Sequence record: SRR31156797_18266
Reading direction: 5' to 3' (one strand)
Length of the DNA stretch: 33,497 bases
The position numbers were made by a program, and so were the translations under genes. The notes below the pieces were generated by a model. That model made no database searches. It was not told the DNA's origin and saw nothing but the letters and a program-made list of their open reading frames with translations. Within the stretch, counting starts at the first letter, position 1. Each line of letters begins with the position of its first letter. Positions 17,493-27,973 of this stretch are shown piece after piece.

Positions 17493-20400
17493 TTAGGCTT
17501 CTCCAATGAGATTGACGGTAGCCCGTATGAACGAGTCGTCTTGAAAACTACTCTTGGTCAAATAGTAGTTGGCCCCGGCCTGCAGGCCCGCCAATCGGTC
17601 CTCTTCCTTGTCCTTATAGGAAACAATAATCACGGGGATGCTTTTGAGCTCGGCATGGCGTTTAATCTGGTTCACAAACTCAATGCCGTTCATTCGGGGC
17701 ATGTCCACATCGCTTATGACCATATCATAGCTACCCGTGCGGACCGCATTCCAGCCGTCCACCCCGTCAACAGCCGTATCCACCCGGTACCCCTTGCTTT
17801 CAAGCAGTTTTCGTTCCATCTCCCGAACCGTAAACGAGTCGTCCACCACCAATATGCGCTTAAGTTTTTGGGCCTCAATGGCCTCAAAGGATGGGGTTAA
17901 TTTGCGAAGCCTGCGCCCGGTCAGGAGATTATCAATGGAACGAACCAGATCCTCAACATCAAAAATCAAAACGGGCGATCCGTCCAGCATCACCGCAACC
18001 GAGCTGATATCGGGGACTTTGCCCAGCCTGGGGTCCAGGGGTCGCACCACCAGATCGCATTCACCCAGGAATTTGTCAACGGCCAAACCGTAAGCATTCA
18101 ACCTGTCGCTCAGCACCACCACAAAAAGTTTTTCCCGGTTTTCAAGGGGCGTTTCCAGCTCCAGGACATTGTGGATATCCACCAAGGCGATGTTATTGTT
18201 GTCAAACCTGAAGTACTGGCGGTCCTCAACGATGTCCATGTCCGATGGTGACAGCTCCAGGCACCGATCTATGCGGGCCAGGGGAAAGGCGTAGGGTTCG
18301 CCGGCAATCTCCACCAGAAAAGTGCGTACCACCGAAAGGGTCAGGGGCAGTTCGATATGGAACGTCAGACCTTCACCAAGGTTTGAAACGGCCCGGACCA
18401 CGCCGCCCACTTCATGAACCATGTTATGAACCACATCCAGGCCCACACCCCGACCTGAAATTTCAGTGACGTTTTTTGCCGTGGAAAATCCCGGCAAAAA
18501 CAAAAACTCCATCAATTCGGCCTCGGTCATCTGGGTGGCCATTTCCTGGGTGGTCATCTTTTTTTGAACAATTTTCCGTCTCAAAGTTTCCGGATCAATT
18601 CCACGGCCGTCATCCCTAATGGTAATCATGAGCATCCCTGATCGGTGGGAGGCTTCCAGCCGTAAAAGGCCGGTTTCCGGTTTTCCGGCGGCGACCCTTT
18701 TCTCGGGGGATTCAATGCCGTGGTCCACCGCATTTCGAATCAGGTGATTTAAGGGGGCATCCAGTTTCTCAAGAATATCCCGGTCCACCTCGGTACCTTT
18801 CCCCATGATCTCCAAGCGCACCTTTTTGCCCAGATCCCGCGCAAGATCCCGCACCAGCCTTGGGAATCCATGAACCCCATCTGAGAAGGGCCTCATGCGA
18901 ACGGAAATCACTTCATGGTAAATACGATCGGAAAGCGCCGCGGTAGCACCGGTAAAAATATCGAACTGATTCAAACGGTCCGCCAACTGAAGGGTACAGG
19001 CTTTGGTCTTCTCCCGGGCACGCACAACCAATTCCTGGGCCTGGGCGTGCTTCTCTTTCCGCATGATGGTGTCCTGGAGTCCATCCAAGAGGGTCAATAA
19101 CTCCAGATGATTCCGTTTGAGTTCCAGAAGGGATTCGGAAAAGGTGGGCAACCACCCGGCGCCCACCACCACTTCCCCGGCCTGCCCCATGAGCCGTTCA
19201 ATTTTGGCGGCGGTCACCCGCACCGTCCGATCCAATTCCTCCGAGTTCCGCAGGGCCGTGGCGTTTTCGGTGGTTTCTTTTGGAACCGGCTTGATATCCT
19301 CGGCTTTTGCCAGGGAAAATTCCCTTTCACGGTCTGATGGAACCACCGGGACAGTCTCTTCCACGGAAGGTTCCTCCACCGGAGAGACGGGAATGGGCGC
19401 ATCCCCATGAATGATGGCGGTGATCGACGCCATGAGATGATCAATCTCTTCGCCGTGACGGCTCACCCAATCCGTTTCATCATCGTGGATGGATTCTGCA
19501 ATATGAATCAGGATATCAACAATTTGCAGCAGCACATCGATCTGCTCCGACCCAAGGGAAACCGCACCTTTCTGTGCCGCAACGAAACAATCTTCCATGG
19601 CATGGGCCACTTTAACGGCGGCATCAAGACCCACAATCCTGGCACCTCCCTTGATGGAATGGGCCGCACGCATGAGGGCTTCAAGCTGATCGGTGGCCCC
19701 GGGATTATTTTCCAGTTCCAGGAGACCGTCATTTAAAACCGCCACATGGGTTTCCACCTCCGCCTGAAAAAGATCCAGCATGGCGGGGTCCGCCATGAAG
19801 GCACCACCGGTCTGCTCTAACGGCTGATCCTGCGCGCCCATATCAGATGCTTCTTGATCCGCTTCGGAGGCTTTGCGGGGTTGCGAATGCACCGATTCAT
19901 CCAGCGCGGGGGCGGCATGATCCATGGAAACAATATTTTCAATGGAATCCCTGACCGCCCCAATATCCTTCATGTGGCTGGAAAGCCATGGGGAACCGTC
20001 TTCACCCACATGTTCAGAGATACGGTTCAACATATCGATGCCCTGAAAAAGGATGTCGGCCTTACCGGAATCCAGATTGATGAGCCCCTTCCGGGCCGCC
20101 ACAAAACAATCCTCCATGGCATGGGCAATGTCGGCAGCACCCTTCTGTCCCACAATTCTGCCGGCCCCTTTAAGGGAATGGGCGGCCCGCATCATCACGT
20201 CCAATTGTTCCGACGATGCCGGATTCTGCTCCAAAGCCAGCAATCCATCGTTTAAAATGGCCACATGGTTCTGGGTTTCCGTTCGAAAAAGCTCGCACAT
20301 GGCAGGATCCAGCGGCATGTCTTCATCTTCCTGCGGTGCGTCTTCAACAGGGGGCGGGGGTGTATCTTCAAACGGGGCTGAAACGGTCGCCGTTTCAGCT

Positions 20401-20861
20401 GCGGAGACCTTCACGGGCTCCTTGGATGTCACCGGAGTCTCACCGGCGGAGAAGCGTTCACTTTTATTCACCCAGGCATTGATCTCTTCAGGGTGCAAAT
20501 CAATCCATATTGGATCTCCACCCTGTGGCGCTTCAGACATGTGGTTGAGGATTTCAACACCTTCAAACAGGTGTTTTAACCCCGCTTCATCCAGTATAAA
20601 TTCGCCCTTCTCAGCCGCCACAAAAACACTTTTCATGGCCTGAGCAATGGCCACAGCCCTTTCCAGATCAATGATCTGCGCCCCCCCCTTGATGGCCTGA
20701 ATTGCAGGGATCATGGTCTGGAACCTGTCAAGAGCGGTGGGATCGGCCGTGAGCGACTGAAGGCCGTCATGAATGGTCAGTGCATGCCGTTTGACCTCCG
20801 AACGAAAAAGATCCATCATGGCGGAGGTATCACTCTCTTTTTGTTGACTCCCTTCGTTCAC
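17493..20861 (-). CDS. cheA: Hybrid CheA-REC histidine kinase (WspE-like) with three Hpt domains
   Basis: Hpt motifs IQAIKGGA, AAHSLKGA, AAHSIKGG; HLIRNAVDHGIE, DDGRG, FLPGFST, SGRGVGLDVV; CheW domain; C-terminal REC (VVDDS, SDVDMP). Confidence 0.95.
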   Translation of the reverse strand: MNEGSQQKESDTSAMMDLFRSEVKRHALTIHDGLQSLTADPTALDRFQTMIPAIQAIKGGAQIIDLERAVAIAQAMKSVFVAAEKGEFILDEAGLKHLFEGVEILNHMSEAPQGGDPIWIDLHPEEINAWVNKSERFSAGETPVTSKEPVKVSAAETATVSAPFEDTPPPPVEDAPQEDEDMPLDPAMCELFRTETQNHVAILNDGLLALEQNPASSEQLDVMMRAAHSLKGAGRIVGQKGAADIAHAMEDCFVAARKGLINLDSGKADILFQGIDMLNRISEHVGEDGSPWLSSHMKDIGAVRDSIENIVSMDHAAPALDESVHSQPRKASEADQEASDMGAQDQPLEQTGGAFMADPAMLDLFQAEVETHVAVLNDGLLELENNPGATDQLEALMRAAHSIKGGARIVGLDAAVKVAHAMEDCFVAAQKGAVSLGSEQIDVLLQIVDILIHIAESIHDDETDWVSRHGEEIDHLMASITAIIHGDAPIPVSPVEEPSVEETVPVVPSDREREFSLAKAEDIKPVPKETTENATALRNSEELDRTVRVTAAKIERLMGQAGEVVVGAGWLPTFSESLLELKRNHLELLTLLDGLQDTIMRKEKHAQAQELVVRAREKTKACTLQLADRLNQFDIFTGATAALSDRIYHEVISVRMRPFSDGVHGFPRLVRDLARDLGKKVRLEIMGKGTEVDRDILEKLDAPLNHLIRNAVDHGIESPEKRVAAGKPETGLLRLEASHRSGMLMITIRDDGRGIDPETLRRKIVQKKMTTQEMATQMTEAELMEFLFLPGFSTAKNVTEISGRGVGLDVVHNMVHEVGGVVRAVSNLGEGLTFHIELPLTLSVVRTFLVEIAGEPYAFPLARIDRCLELSPSDMDIVEDRQYFRFDNNNIALVDIHNVLELETPLENREKLFVVVLSDRLNAYGLAVDKFLGECDLVVRPLDPRLGKVPDISSVAVMLDGSPVLIFDVEDLVRSIDNLLTGRRLRKLTPSFEAIEAQKLKRILVVDDSFTVREMERKLLESKGYRVDTAVDGVDGWNAVRTGSYDMVISDVDMPRMNGIEFVNQIKRHAELKSIPVIIVSYKDKEEDRLAGLQAGANYYLTKSSFQDDSFIRATVNLIGEA

Positions 20862-21523
20862 TGAAGACTCCTCTTGAGGTTGTAAAACAGCAGTTCATCA
20901 TCAAGCAGGGCCACATGTTTCTCTTCCCATTTGATAATCCCCTTCGTGAAGGTGGATTTGCATTTGGCGATGGTCACGGGAACATTCTGGAGCAGACCGG
21001 GATTAAAGTGATGGATACCATGGATTTCATTGACGGGAAAAACCCATTTTTCGCTATCCTTTGACACCACCATCAGCCGTTTTTTGGCCTTTTCCACCCC
21101 GTATGGTCCGCGGGGCTCATCCTCCAGGTTCATGAGGTTTTTTAAAGAGACACACAGTTGAATTTCGCCGTGCACATTCACAAGACCCAACAAAACAGGG
21201 GTTTTTCGGTGGGGAAGGGTGTGGATGCTGACGTCGTCGATAATCTCCGCAAACAGACCGGCCCCTAGGGCCATCCATTCCGATTCAATACGAAATACAA
21301 CCACCGCAATGGCACCCGCCGGTTCTTCGCCCTTCTTTTTCACAAGGATGCTTCCCCACTCATCCTTGTATTCCTCGGGAAGAGGCCGTTCCAGGAGATT
21401 CCGACCGGCCTGGGTAAACACATCACAATTGCGGCAATGGATCACTTCTTCAAGCCTGGAGCAACGGGGCTCTTCATTTCCCCAAACCCCTATCCGTTTC
21501 CAACATCGATCCCTATTGTCCAT
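20858..21523 (-). CDS. cheW: CheW-family scaffold, WspD-like
   Basis: N-terminal CWKRIGVWG..RC..L...IHCRNC motif characteristic of WspD, then a CheW domain (IHTLPHR..VLLGLVNVHGE). Confidence 0.9.
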   Translation of the reverse strand: MDNRDRCWKRIGVWGNEEPRCSRLEEVIHCRNCDVFTQAGRNLLERPLPEEYKDEWGSILVKKKGEEPAGAIAVVVFRIESEWMALGAGLFAEIIDDVSIHTLPHRKTPVLLGLVNVHGEIQLCVSLKNLMNLEDEPRGPYGVEKAKKRLMVVSKDSEKWVFPVNEIHGIHHFNPGLLQNVPVTIAKCKSTFTKGIIKWEEKHVALLDDELLFYNLKRSLQ

Positions 21524-21548
21524 GGTTTATTCTCGATTGTGCTGTTTC

Positions 21549-22844
21549 TTACGGCGCACGATGCATCGCAGCCCTGCTGATCCGTTGCGCCCGTTGCCGC
21601 AACCGCTCAGCGCCGTTTTCGTTTCCCCGCCGTGATTCAATGAAAGCCAGATGTTTCAACGCTTCCACATGCTCCGGGTTCAGATAGATGGCTTTATTGA
21701 AAAAGGTTTCGGCTTTATTATCATTGTGCAGGGCTTCATGAATCAGCCCCATGAGAAAATGGGCCTCAGCGTGTACCGGGTTTTCACCCAAGAATGCCCG
21801 GCACAATTCAAGGGCTTTGGGTAGTTGCCCCTGATCCGCCATTTCTCGGGCCTCCAGAAATAAATTGACCTCTTCCCGGGACGTGGGCACGCCGGCCTCA
21901 ACCCTGGAACAATTTTGTTGTTCAGACGATTTTCCAGATGGAAAATCAACCGGCATCACGGGTTTTAAAATGGGTTTTATTTTCTTTTTTTGAACCTGCC
22001 GTTTAAACGGCGCCGATTTGGCGACAACCGACGGGCTTTTTTGACTGGATTCCCGGCATCGCTTTCGACACGCAAAAACACCGGGTTCAGGAACTACCTC
22101 AAAACCCCAGTCGATGGCCGTCTGCCGTTCTGCGTGACCGCAGAAAAGGATGCCTGTTTCAGCCAGTAATCGACTCATGGTTTCAAGGATTCTATCCCTT
22201 GCCTCCGGGCTCATATAAATCATTAAATTTCGACAAAAAATAACATCAAATAAAGCACCGGCCCCAAAACAGTTTTTCAGGACGTTGCCGGCCTTGAACC
22301 GTACCTTCTCCCTGACATGATCCAAAAGTTGATACCCATGGTTTTTTGGCTGAAAATGGCGATTCCTGAATTCCAGGTCCTTGCCTCGAAAAGAACCCGA
22401 GCCATATTCTCCGCGCCGTGCTTTTATAAGGGCTTTCTCACTGATATCAATACCATCAATGTGAAAGCGGTCTTTATGGATCCCCGCATCCATGAAAGCC
22501 ATGGCGATTGAATACGGTTCCTCTCCCGTGGAACAGGGGATACTCAACACGTGAAGCATACGGCCTCGATTTTCGGGCAGCCAGGAATCCTTTACAAAAC
22601 GGACCAGATAATTAAATACTTTCCGGTTCCTGAAAAACCAGGTTTCCGGCACCACCACCATTTCAATGAGGTTCTTCCATTCAGCATTTGAATCAAAAAG
22701 GGTTTTTGCATAGATCTCCAGGCTGGTTAACCGGCACCGATCCATTCTCTGCCGGATGGCATTTTCGATCACTTTACGGCCGATGGCGTCTATGTCCAGA
22801 CCGATCTTTTCCTTAAGTAACGATTCAATGATGTTCTGTTTCAT
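21549..22844 (-). CDS. cheR: CheR methyltransferase with C-terminal TPR (WspC-like)
   Basis: VVPETWFFR, SIPCSTGEEPYSIAM, FDVIFCRNLMIY, GHAE; TPR AHFLMGLI..AETFFNKAIYLNPEH. Start taken at ATG 22844. Confidence 0.92.
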   Translation of the reverse strand: MKQNIIESLLKEKIGLDIDAIGRKVIENAIRQRMDRCRLTSLEIYAKTLFDSNAEWKNLIEMVVVPETWFFRNRKVFNYLVRFVKDSWLPENRGRMLHVLSIPCSTGEEPYSIAMAFMDAGIHKDRFHIDGIDISEKALIKARRGEYGSGSFRGKDLEFRNRHFQPKNHGYQLLDHVREKVRFKAGNVLKNCFGAGALFDVIFCRNLMIYMSPEARDRILETMSRLLAETGILFCGHAERQTAIDWGFEVVPEPGVFACRKRCRESSQKSPSVVAKSAPFKRQVQKKKIKPILKPVMPVDFPSGKSSEQQNCSRVEAGVPTSREEVNLFLEAREMADQGQLPKALELCRAFLGENPVHAEAHFLMGLIHEALHNDNKAETFFNKAIYLNPEHVEALKHLAFIESRRGNENGAERLRQRAQRISRAAMHRAP

Positions 22845-23298
22845 GATGAGTGTTTTCAAGGGCCGGTAGAAACTGGAAACTTTCAGGAAGAAGATCCAGA
22901 TCCACATACTGAATCATCTCCTTTTCTTCCATCATGAGGCCGCCCAGATAGGGGGCGTCTTCCATATGCAATCCCGGCGCCATAAAGGCGCTTTTGTCTC
23001 TTCTTGCGGTTTCCGTAACCCGTTCGGCCATGAGTCCCAGGATATAGGGTGTATTATCGTCTTTCACATAGTCCACCAGAATAACGCGCGTACTCATACG
23101 CATCTCACAGGGTTGTCCCTGGATAAGCCGGCGCAGATCGATCACGGGAACAATAACCCCGCGATAGTTGAACAGGCCGGCAACATAGTCCGGCGCGTGA
23201 GGCACCGCTTTTAGTTTTACGATGGGGGCCACTTCGCGTACCCGATCGCATTTCATGGTGTACATGATGTCGCCCAGATAAAACAGCAATACAAGCAT
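22825..23298 (-). CDS. cheW: CheW-family scaffold, WspB-like
   Basis: VPHAPDYVAGLFNYRG.IVPVIDL, STRVILV, GLMAERVTET, APYLG. GGAGG SD before ATG 23298. Confidence 0.9.
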   Translation of the reverse strand: MLVLLFYLGDIMYTMKCDRVREVAPIVKLKAVPHAPDYVAGLFNYRGVIVPVIDLRRLIQGQPCEMRMSTRVILVDYVKDDNTPYILGLMAERVTETARRDKSAFMAPGLHMEDAPYLGGLMMEEKEMIQYVDLDLLPESFQFLPALENTHHETEHH

Positions 23299-23308
23299 AT
23301 CCCTCCTC

Positions 23309-24961
23309 TTAACCAACCTTAAAGCGGCTCACTTCATCCTGCAAACCCCTTGCCGCCTCATTGAGTTGTTCAATGGCGGAATAGGATTCATGGAGTGATT
23401 CCATGGTTTGTTGCATTTCCTCGCTTAAATTAATGATGGCCGTATTGATTTCCATGGCGTTATCGGACTGCTGCGCCATGGATACATTCACATTTTCAAA
23501 ACTGGGTGACAGGGCCTGGACCTGTTCGATGATCCTGGCCAGTTGGGTACTGATCCTCCCCACATCTTCCGCGCTCCGCTTGACCTCTCCAATAAATTTA
23601 TCCATCTCCATGACGCCGGCGGAAACCGCCGACTGCATTTCCTGGACCATCTGTTCAATATCCAGTGTGGCAACGGCCGTCTGGTCCGCCAATCGTCGGA
23701 TTTCCCGGGCCACCACATTGAACCCGCGACCATATTCACCGGCCTTCTCAGCTTCAATGGCCGCATTGAGCGACAGCAGGTTGGTCTGGTCGGCCACCTT
23801 GGTGATGGTAACCACCACAGTGGTGATATTTTCCGCCTTTTCATTAATGGTTTCCAACCGGCCCGAAATGGATTTGGAAGCGGATTCCATATTGTGCATG
23901 GCCGCTTCCATTCGACCCAGATCCGACTGCCCTTTTGTGGCGAAACCGGCGGTTTCCTGGCTCATGGCGGCCACCTGGTCCATGGTTTTCACCAGTTCAT
24001 TGGACACTTCGGATATTTCCTCAACGGACGCCACCACTTTGTTGGTGGATGCCAGTTGAGTACCCATGGTCGCTTCCTGCTCCCTGGCGGTGGCGGCCAG
24101 TTCCGTGGACGATGACGTCACCTGGATGCCGGACCGCTGAACCTGCCCCAGAACCATTCGAAAGGATGACGCCATCTCGTTAATGGCGTTGAGCAGGGCC
24201 CCCACTTCATCCTTTCGCTTGGTGTCGATGGTTACCGCAAGATCAAAATCCGATAGCTGATGGGCAATTTTTGATACATTTTTAAGGGGTTTTAAAACCA
24301 GTGCCCGCAGGAAAAATATCAGGGAAACCACCAGCACCACCAGGATAAGAAATACCCCGATGCTCTGGCTGACAATGGCATTCTCCAGTTGGGACCGCGA
24401 ATTGGCCTCAAACTTGTCCGCATCCAGGAATGCCTCTTTTTTAAGGGTTTGAATTTTTCGTTTCAGAACCGCATCCGAGTAAAAAATTTTGAAAACACCG
24501 ATTTTTTTCTCTCCCCGCAGGCATTCCACCTGGGAAGATAGGGTTTTGTTGAGGTCCAGATCTTCGGGAAGGGCGTTACCGATTTCCACATGGGGGTTTC
24601 GCCATGCGGCTGCAAAGGGCTTTCCACGCTCATCCAGCACACGAATGGCCACAACTTGCTCGTAATTCATGAAGGGCCTGAGGGACTGCTTGAGTCCCTC
24701 CCGATCCAGATTATACAAATAGGCGGCCCCGATGCCGTTTAAAATTTGAGTGCTGAAGTTAACCCTTTGTTTCAGGGAATGCTTTTCCTCCATCTCCCGG
24801 TCGTTGATAAGCTCATGGTAACCCCTTAGGATTTCATCCGTAAAAGTATCCACCATCTTAATCTCAAACCGGATTAGAATATATCCCCCCAGCAACACCA
24901 GAAGACACACGATACCGGATGTTGATGCCACGATTTTTGTGACGATGCTCCAGTTTTTCAT
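23309..24961 (-). CDS. Methyl-accepting chemotaxis protein (WspA-like signalling domain), MCP-1
   Basis: Two TM helices, HAMP (KDEVGALL.AINEM), ADQTNLLSLNAAIEAEKAGEYGRGF.VVAREIRRLADQTA. Confidence 0.95.
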   Translation of the reverse strand: MKNWSIVTKIVASTSGIVCLLVLLGGYILIRFEIKMVDTFTDEILRGYHELINDREMEEKHSLKQRVNFSTQILNGIGAAYLYNLDREGLKQSLRPFMNYEQVVAIRVLDERGKPFAAAWRNPHVEIGNALPEDLDLNKTLSSQVECLRGEKKIGVFKIFYSDAVLKRKIQTLKKEAFLDADKFEANSRSQLENAIVSQSIGVFLILVVLVVSLIFFLRALVLKPLKNVSKIAHQLSDFDLAVTIDTKRKDEVGALLNAINEMASSFRMVLGQVQRSGIQVTSSSTELAATAREQEATMGTQLASTNKVVASVEEISEVSNELVKTMDQVAAMSQETAGFATKGQSDLGRMEAAMHNMESASKSISGRLETINEKAENITTVVVTITKVADQTNLLSLNAAIEAEKAGEYGRGFNVVAREIRRLADQTAVATLDIEQMVQEMQSAVSAGVMEMDKFIGEVKRSAEDVGRISTQLARIIEQVQALSPSFENVNVSMAQQSDNAMEINTAIINLSEEMQQTMESLHESYSAIEQLNEAARGLQDEVSRFKVG

Positions 24962-24976
24962 TGCCGCCTCATTTGA

Positions 24977-25729
24977 TTATTTTAAAATATATTTCTTGAT
25001 AATGTCATCATAACGCCCGCTACTGCGCAACTGTTTCAAGCCATCATTAAAATCATCCCGAACCTTTTTGTCAACAAATCCCACGCGAAAGGGGACTTTC
25101 GGGAAAATAAACCACATATCGATGGGTTGCGTTGTATCCACCATTTCATTGCGGTTTCGATGATGAAAAAAAATATTTTTATCCAGAACAATGACGTCCA
25201 CACGATCCCCATAGAGCAGATTGATCTGAAGTTGCTGTTTACTGATTTCACGATAATCGGGAGACGCCTCCGCCGCCGCTTTAAATTCTTTGCCCAGGTA
25301 CTTTTTGGCATCTTGGAAGGTCAGGATGCTTTTGTCTTTGAGATCACCGATTTTCTCAATTTTGAAATCGTTTTTTTTCAAACTGACCGCCACATTTTCA
25401 CAGGCAATGTGCTGATCGGATAAAAAAACATCGATATCTGAATTTTCATTGACGGTCAGCACCCCGTCCACTTCCCCTTCAACGATTTCCCGAATTCTGC
25501 GGGCAAAAGGCACATATTTGGTCTTGATCCGGTACCCTTTCATCTCCAGCGCTTCACGCACGATATCCATTTCAATACCGCAATTTTTCTCCGGGATATT
25601 GTAAGGGGCCAGGGCCAGACCCACGGCAAAGGTCAACTCCTTGGGTTCAGCGTGGGATGGGGGGCACGGCAGTGCTCCCGTCATCAGGATCATCAAAAAC
25701 ACTTGGAAGGTTTTTACCGGAATTCTCAT
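24977..25729 (-). CDS. Periplasmic solute-binding protein, family 3 (amino acid-type), within the chemoreceptor cluster
   Basis: Signal peptide, LAPY..GIEMDIVREAL, VPFAR, RVDVIVLD, FNDGLKQLRSSGRYDDIIKKY. Confidence 0.88.
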   Translation of the reverse strand: MRIPVKTFQVFLMILMTGALPCPPSHAEPKELTFAVGLALAPYNIPEKNCGIEMDIVREALEMKGYRIKTKYVPFARRIREIVEGEVDGVLTVNENSDIDVFLSDQHIACENVAVSLKKNDFKIEKIGDLKDKSILTFQDAKKYLGKEFKAAAEASPDYREISKQQLQINLLYGDRVDVIVLDKNIFFHHRNRNEMVDTTQPIDMWFIFPKVPFRVGFVDKKVRDDFNDGLKQLRSSGRYDDIIKKYILK

Positions 25730-25747
25730 GGAAAGTCCTGCCTCATC

Positions 25748-27955
25748 TTAGCCATCAATGGCCTCATGCCGCCCATCGCTTACTTTGAAATGTGACACTT
25801 CCTGCTGCAACCCCCTCGCCGCTTCGTTCAACTGCTCGATGGCTGAAAAGGTCTCTCTCAGGGATTCGGCGGTGGAACGAATCTCCCCACTGAGTCCGGC
25901 AACGGCATGATTGGCTTTGTTGGCATTTTCAGACTGGTGGCCCATGGCCACGTTAACTTCATCAAAACTGGGGGAAAGGGCCTGAACCTGTTCAATGATC
26001 CGCCCCAACTGGCCGCTGATTTTCCCCACATCTTCAGCGCTCTGTTTTACATCGGCTATAAATTTATCCATCTCCATGACGCCCGCGGACACTGCGGACT
26101 GCATACCTGCCACCATCTGCTCGATATCAAGGGTCGCAACAGCCGTCTGATCCGCCAACCTTCGAATTTCCCGTGCCACAACATTGAACCCGCGACCGTA
26201 TTCACCCGCTTTCTCAGCTTCAATGGCTGCATTGAGGGACAGCAGGTTGGTCTGATCCGCCACTTTGGTGATGGTGGTCACCACATTGGTGATATTTTCG
26301 GCCTTTTCGTTGATGGTCTCCAGTCGACCCGATATGGATTTGGAAGCGGATTCCATATGATGCATGGCATCTTCCATGCGGGCCAGATCGGTCTGGCCTT
26401 TACTGGCAAATCCGGCGGTTTCCTGAGATCTTGCGGCCACCTGCTGCATGGTGGCCTCCAGTTCGGTCGCCACACTGGAGATTTCCGCCGCAGCCTGACT
26501 CACGCGGTTAGTGGCCTCCCCCTGCTGGTTCATTGCCGTCTGCTGTTGCTTGGCAGTGGCTGCCAGTTCTGTCGTCGAAGCGGTTACTTGAATGCCGGAT
26601 CGCTGAACCTGCCCGACCAATCCGTTAAGGCTTTCGGTCATTCCCTTGATGGAAATCAATAATGTACCGGTTTCATCATCCGGGGAACCGATTCGATCCG
26701 CTTTGTCGCCTTTCACCATTGCATTTACGGCATCCGCTGCCGCTCCAAGGTTACCTTTGGCGATCTCCCCCGCAATATCCGTGATCTGAGTGATCCGTTT
26801 GGTAAATTTGTTGCCGAAGAAAAGGGCCAGACCCACAATGGGAATCAAAATCAGGACTCCGCTCATGAGCAAAACCCAGAGCATCTGGGTCATGGCGGTT
26901 TCCACGTTGTTTTTGACATCGTGATAATCGTCTTCATAGGTTCCGGCCCCGATCACCCAGTCCCAGGGTTCAAAATAGGTCAGCGCCACCACTTTCCATC
27001 GGGGCTCCCCGTCCCCCGTATTTTTCCAGGCATACCGATCATGACCCACTTGGTTTTTTTTCAGTTTAACGGCTTTTTCCACGATGGACCGGATGTAATA
27101 GCGACCGTCCGTGGACCTGGAATCCCATAGATTTTCACCATCCCGCTTCCCCCCTTTTGAAATGATGTAATGCCCGCGATGAAAGGCGTTTTTACCTCCC
27201 AGCACATAAACGTACCCGCTCTTGCCGACTTTCATATCCATAATGGCCTGTCGCAACGATGCGGGCGCCTGGAAAGGGGCTTCGGTAAAGAGCATCCCGA
27301 TAATACGACCGTTTTTATCGGCGATTCCCTTGCAGGCGGTGAAATGCCAGCCATCGGCAAGATCGGCAATGCCATGGAAGACCCGGTTTTTAAGGATATG
27401 CTGAATGACCGGATTGGCAACCCCCTTTTGTTTGGCCGGAAGATAAAGATTTCGGAGCTTCCGGCCCTTTTTGGACAAAAGGGTTGTGGCGATCAACACC
27501 ATATCGCCCGCTTCATTGACCCTTTGAAACAGGCCGTAATTTCCACCGAATTTTTCCCGGATCACATCAATATAGGTCTCAGGCTCGAAAACCTCTGCAA
27601 TCATCATTTTGGGAATGGAGATGTTCTTTTCTTTATGATTTCGGTAATTTATGGATTTTATGGAAACGGTTTCAGATGACAGGGAAAAACCGCCCATGTC
27701 TTGAAAAAAAGCGTCCGAATCCTGCAGGCGAAGATTCAGGTATTTCTGTACCATCTTGCTGGTGGCCTCACAGGTATTGTAGACCGCAAGGGCAAGATGT
27801 TCAATGTTTTCACGGGCGAGAACATCCAGCTCCCCTTCAATCTTTTCAGTGACGCTTTTTTTCTGGACGGATGTGAGCACCAGCATCACCAGAACCGGCA
27901 GCACTGCTGCCAACACAGGCAAGCCGATCACTTTCTGTTTCAACGATAATTTCAT
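25748..27955 (-). CDS. Methyl-accepting chemotaxis protein with tandem Cache (Cache_3-Cache_2-like) sensor, MCP-2
   Basis: LFQRVNEAGDMV.IATT, VGKSGYVYVL, YFEPWDWVIGAGTY, HAMP, MCP signalling domain. Confidence 0.94.
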   Translation of the reverse strand: MKLSLKQKVIGLPVLAAVLPVLVMLVLTSVQKKSVTEKIEGELDVLARENIEHLALAVYNTCEATSKMVQKYLNLRLQDSDAFFQDMGGFSLSSETVSIKSINYRNHKEKNISIPKMMIAEVFEPETYIDVIREKFGGNYGLFQRVNEAGDMVLIATTLLSKKGRKLRNLYLPAKQKGVANPVIQHILKNRVFHGIADLADGWHFTACKGIADKNGRIIGMLFTEAPFQAPASLRQAIMDMKVGKSGYVYVLGGKNAFHRGHYIISKGGKRDGENLWDSRSTDGRYYIRSIVEKAVKLKKNQVGHDRYAWKNTGDGEPRWKVVALTYFEPWDWVIGAGTYEDDYHDVKNNVETAMTQMLWVLLMSGVLILIPIVGLALFFGNKFTKRITQITDIAGEIAKGNLGAAADAVNAMVKGDKADRIGSPDDETGTLLISIKGMTESLNGLVGQVQRSGIQVTASTTELAATAKQQQTAMNQQGEATNRVSQAAAEISSVATELEATMQQVAARSQETAGFASKGQTDLARMEDAMHHMESASKSISGRLETINEKAENITNVVTTITKVADQTNLLSLNAAIEAEKAGEYGRGFNVVAREIRRLADQTAVATLDIEQMVAGMQSAVSAGVMEMDKFIADVKQSAEDVGKISGQLGRIIEQVQALSPSFDEVNVAMGHQSENANKANHAVAGLSGEIRSTAESLRETFSAIEQLNEAARGLQQEVSHFKVSDGRHEAIDG

Positions 27956-27973
27956 GTCTGATCCATTATTTAT

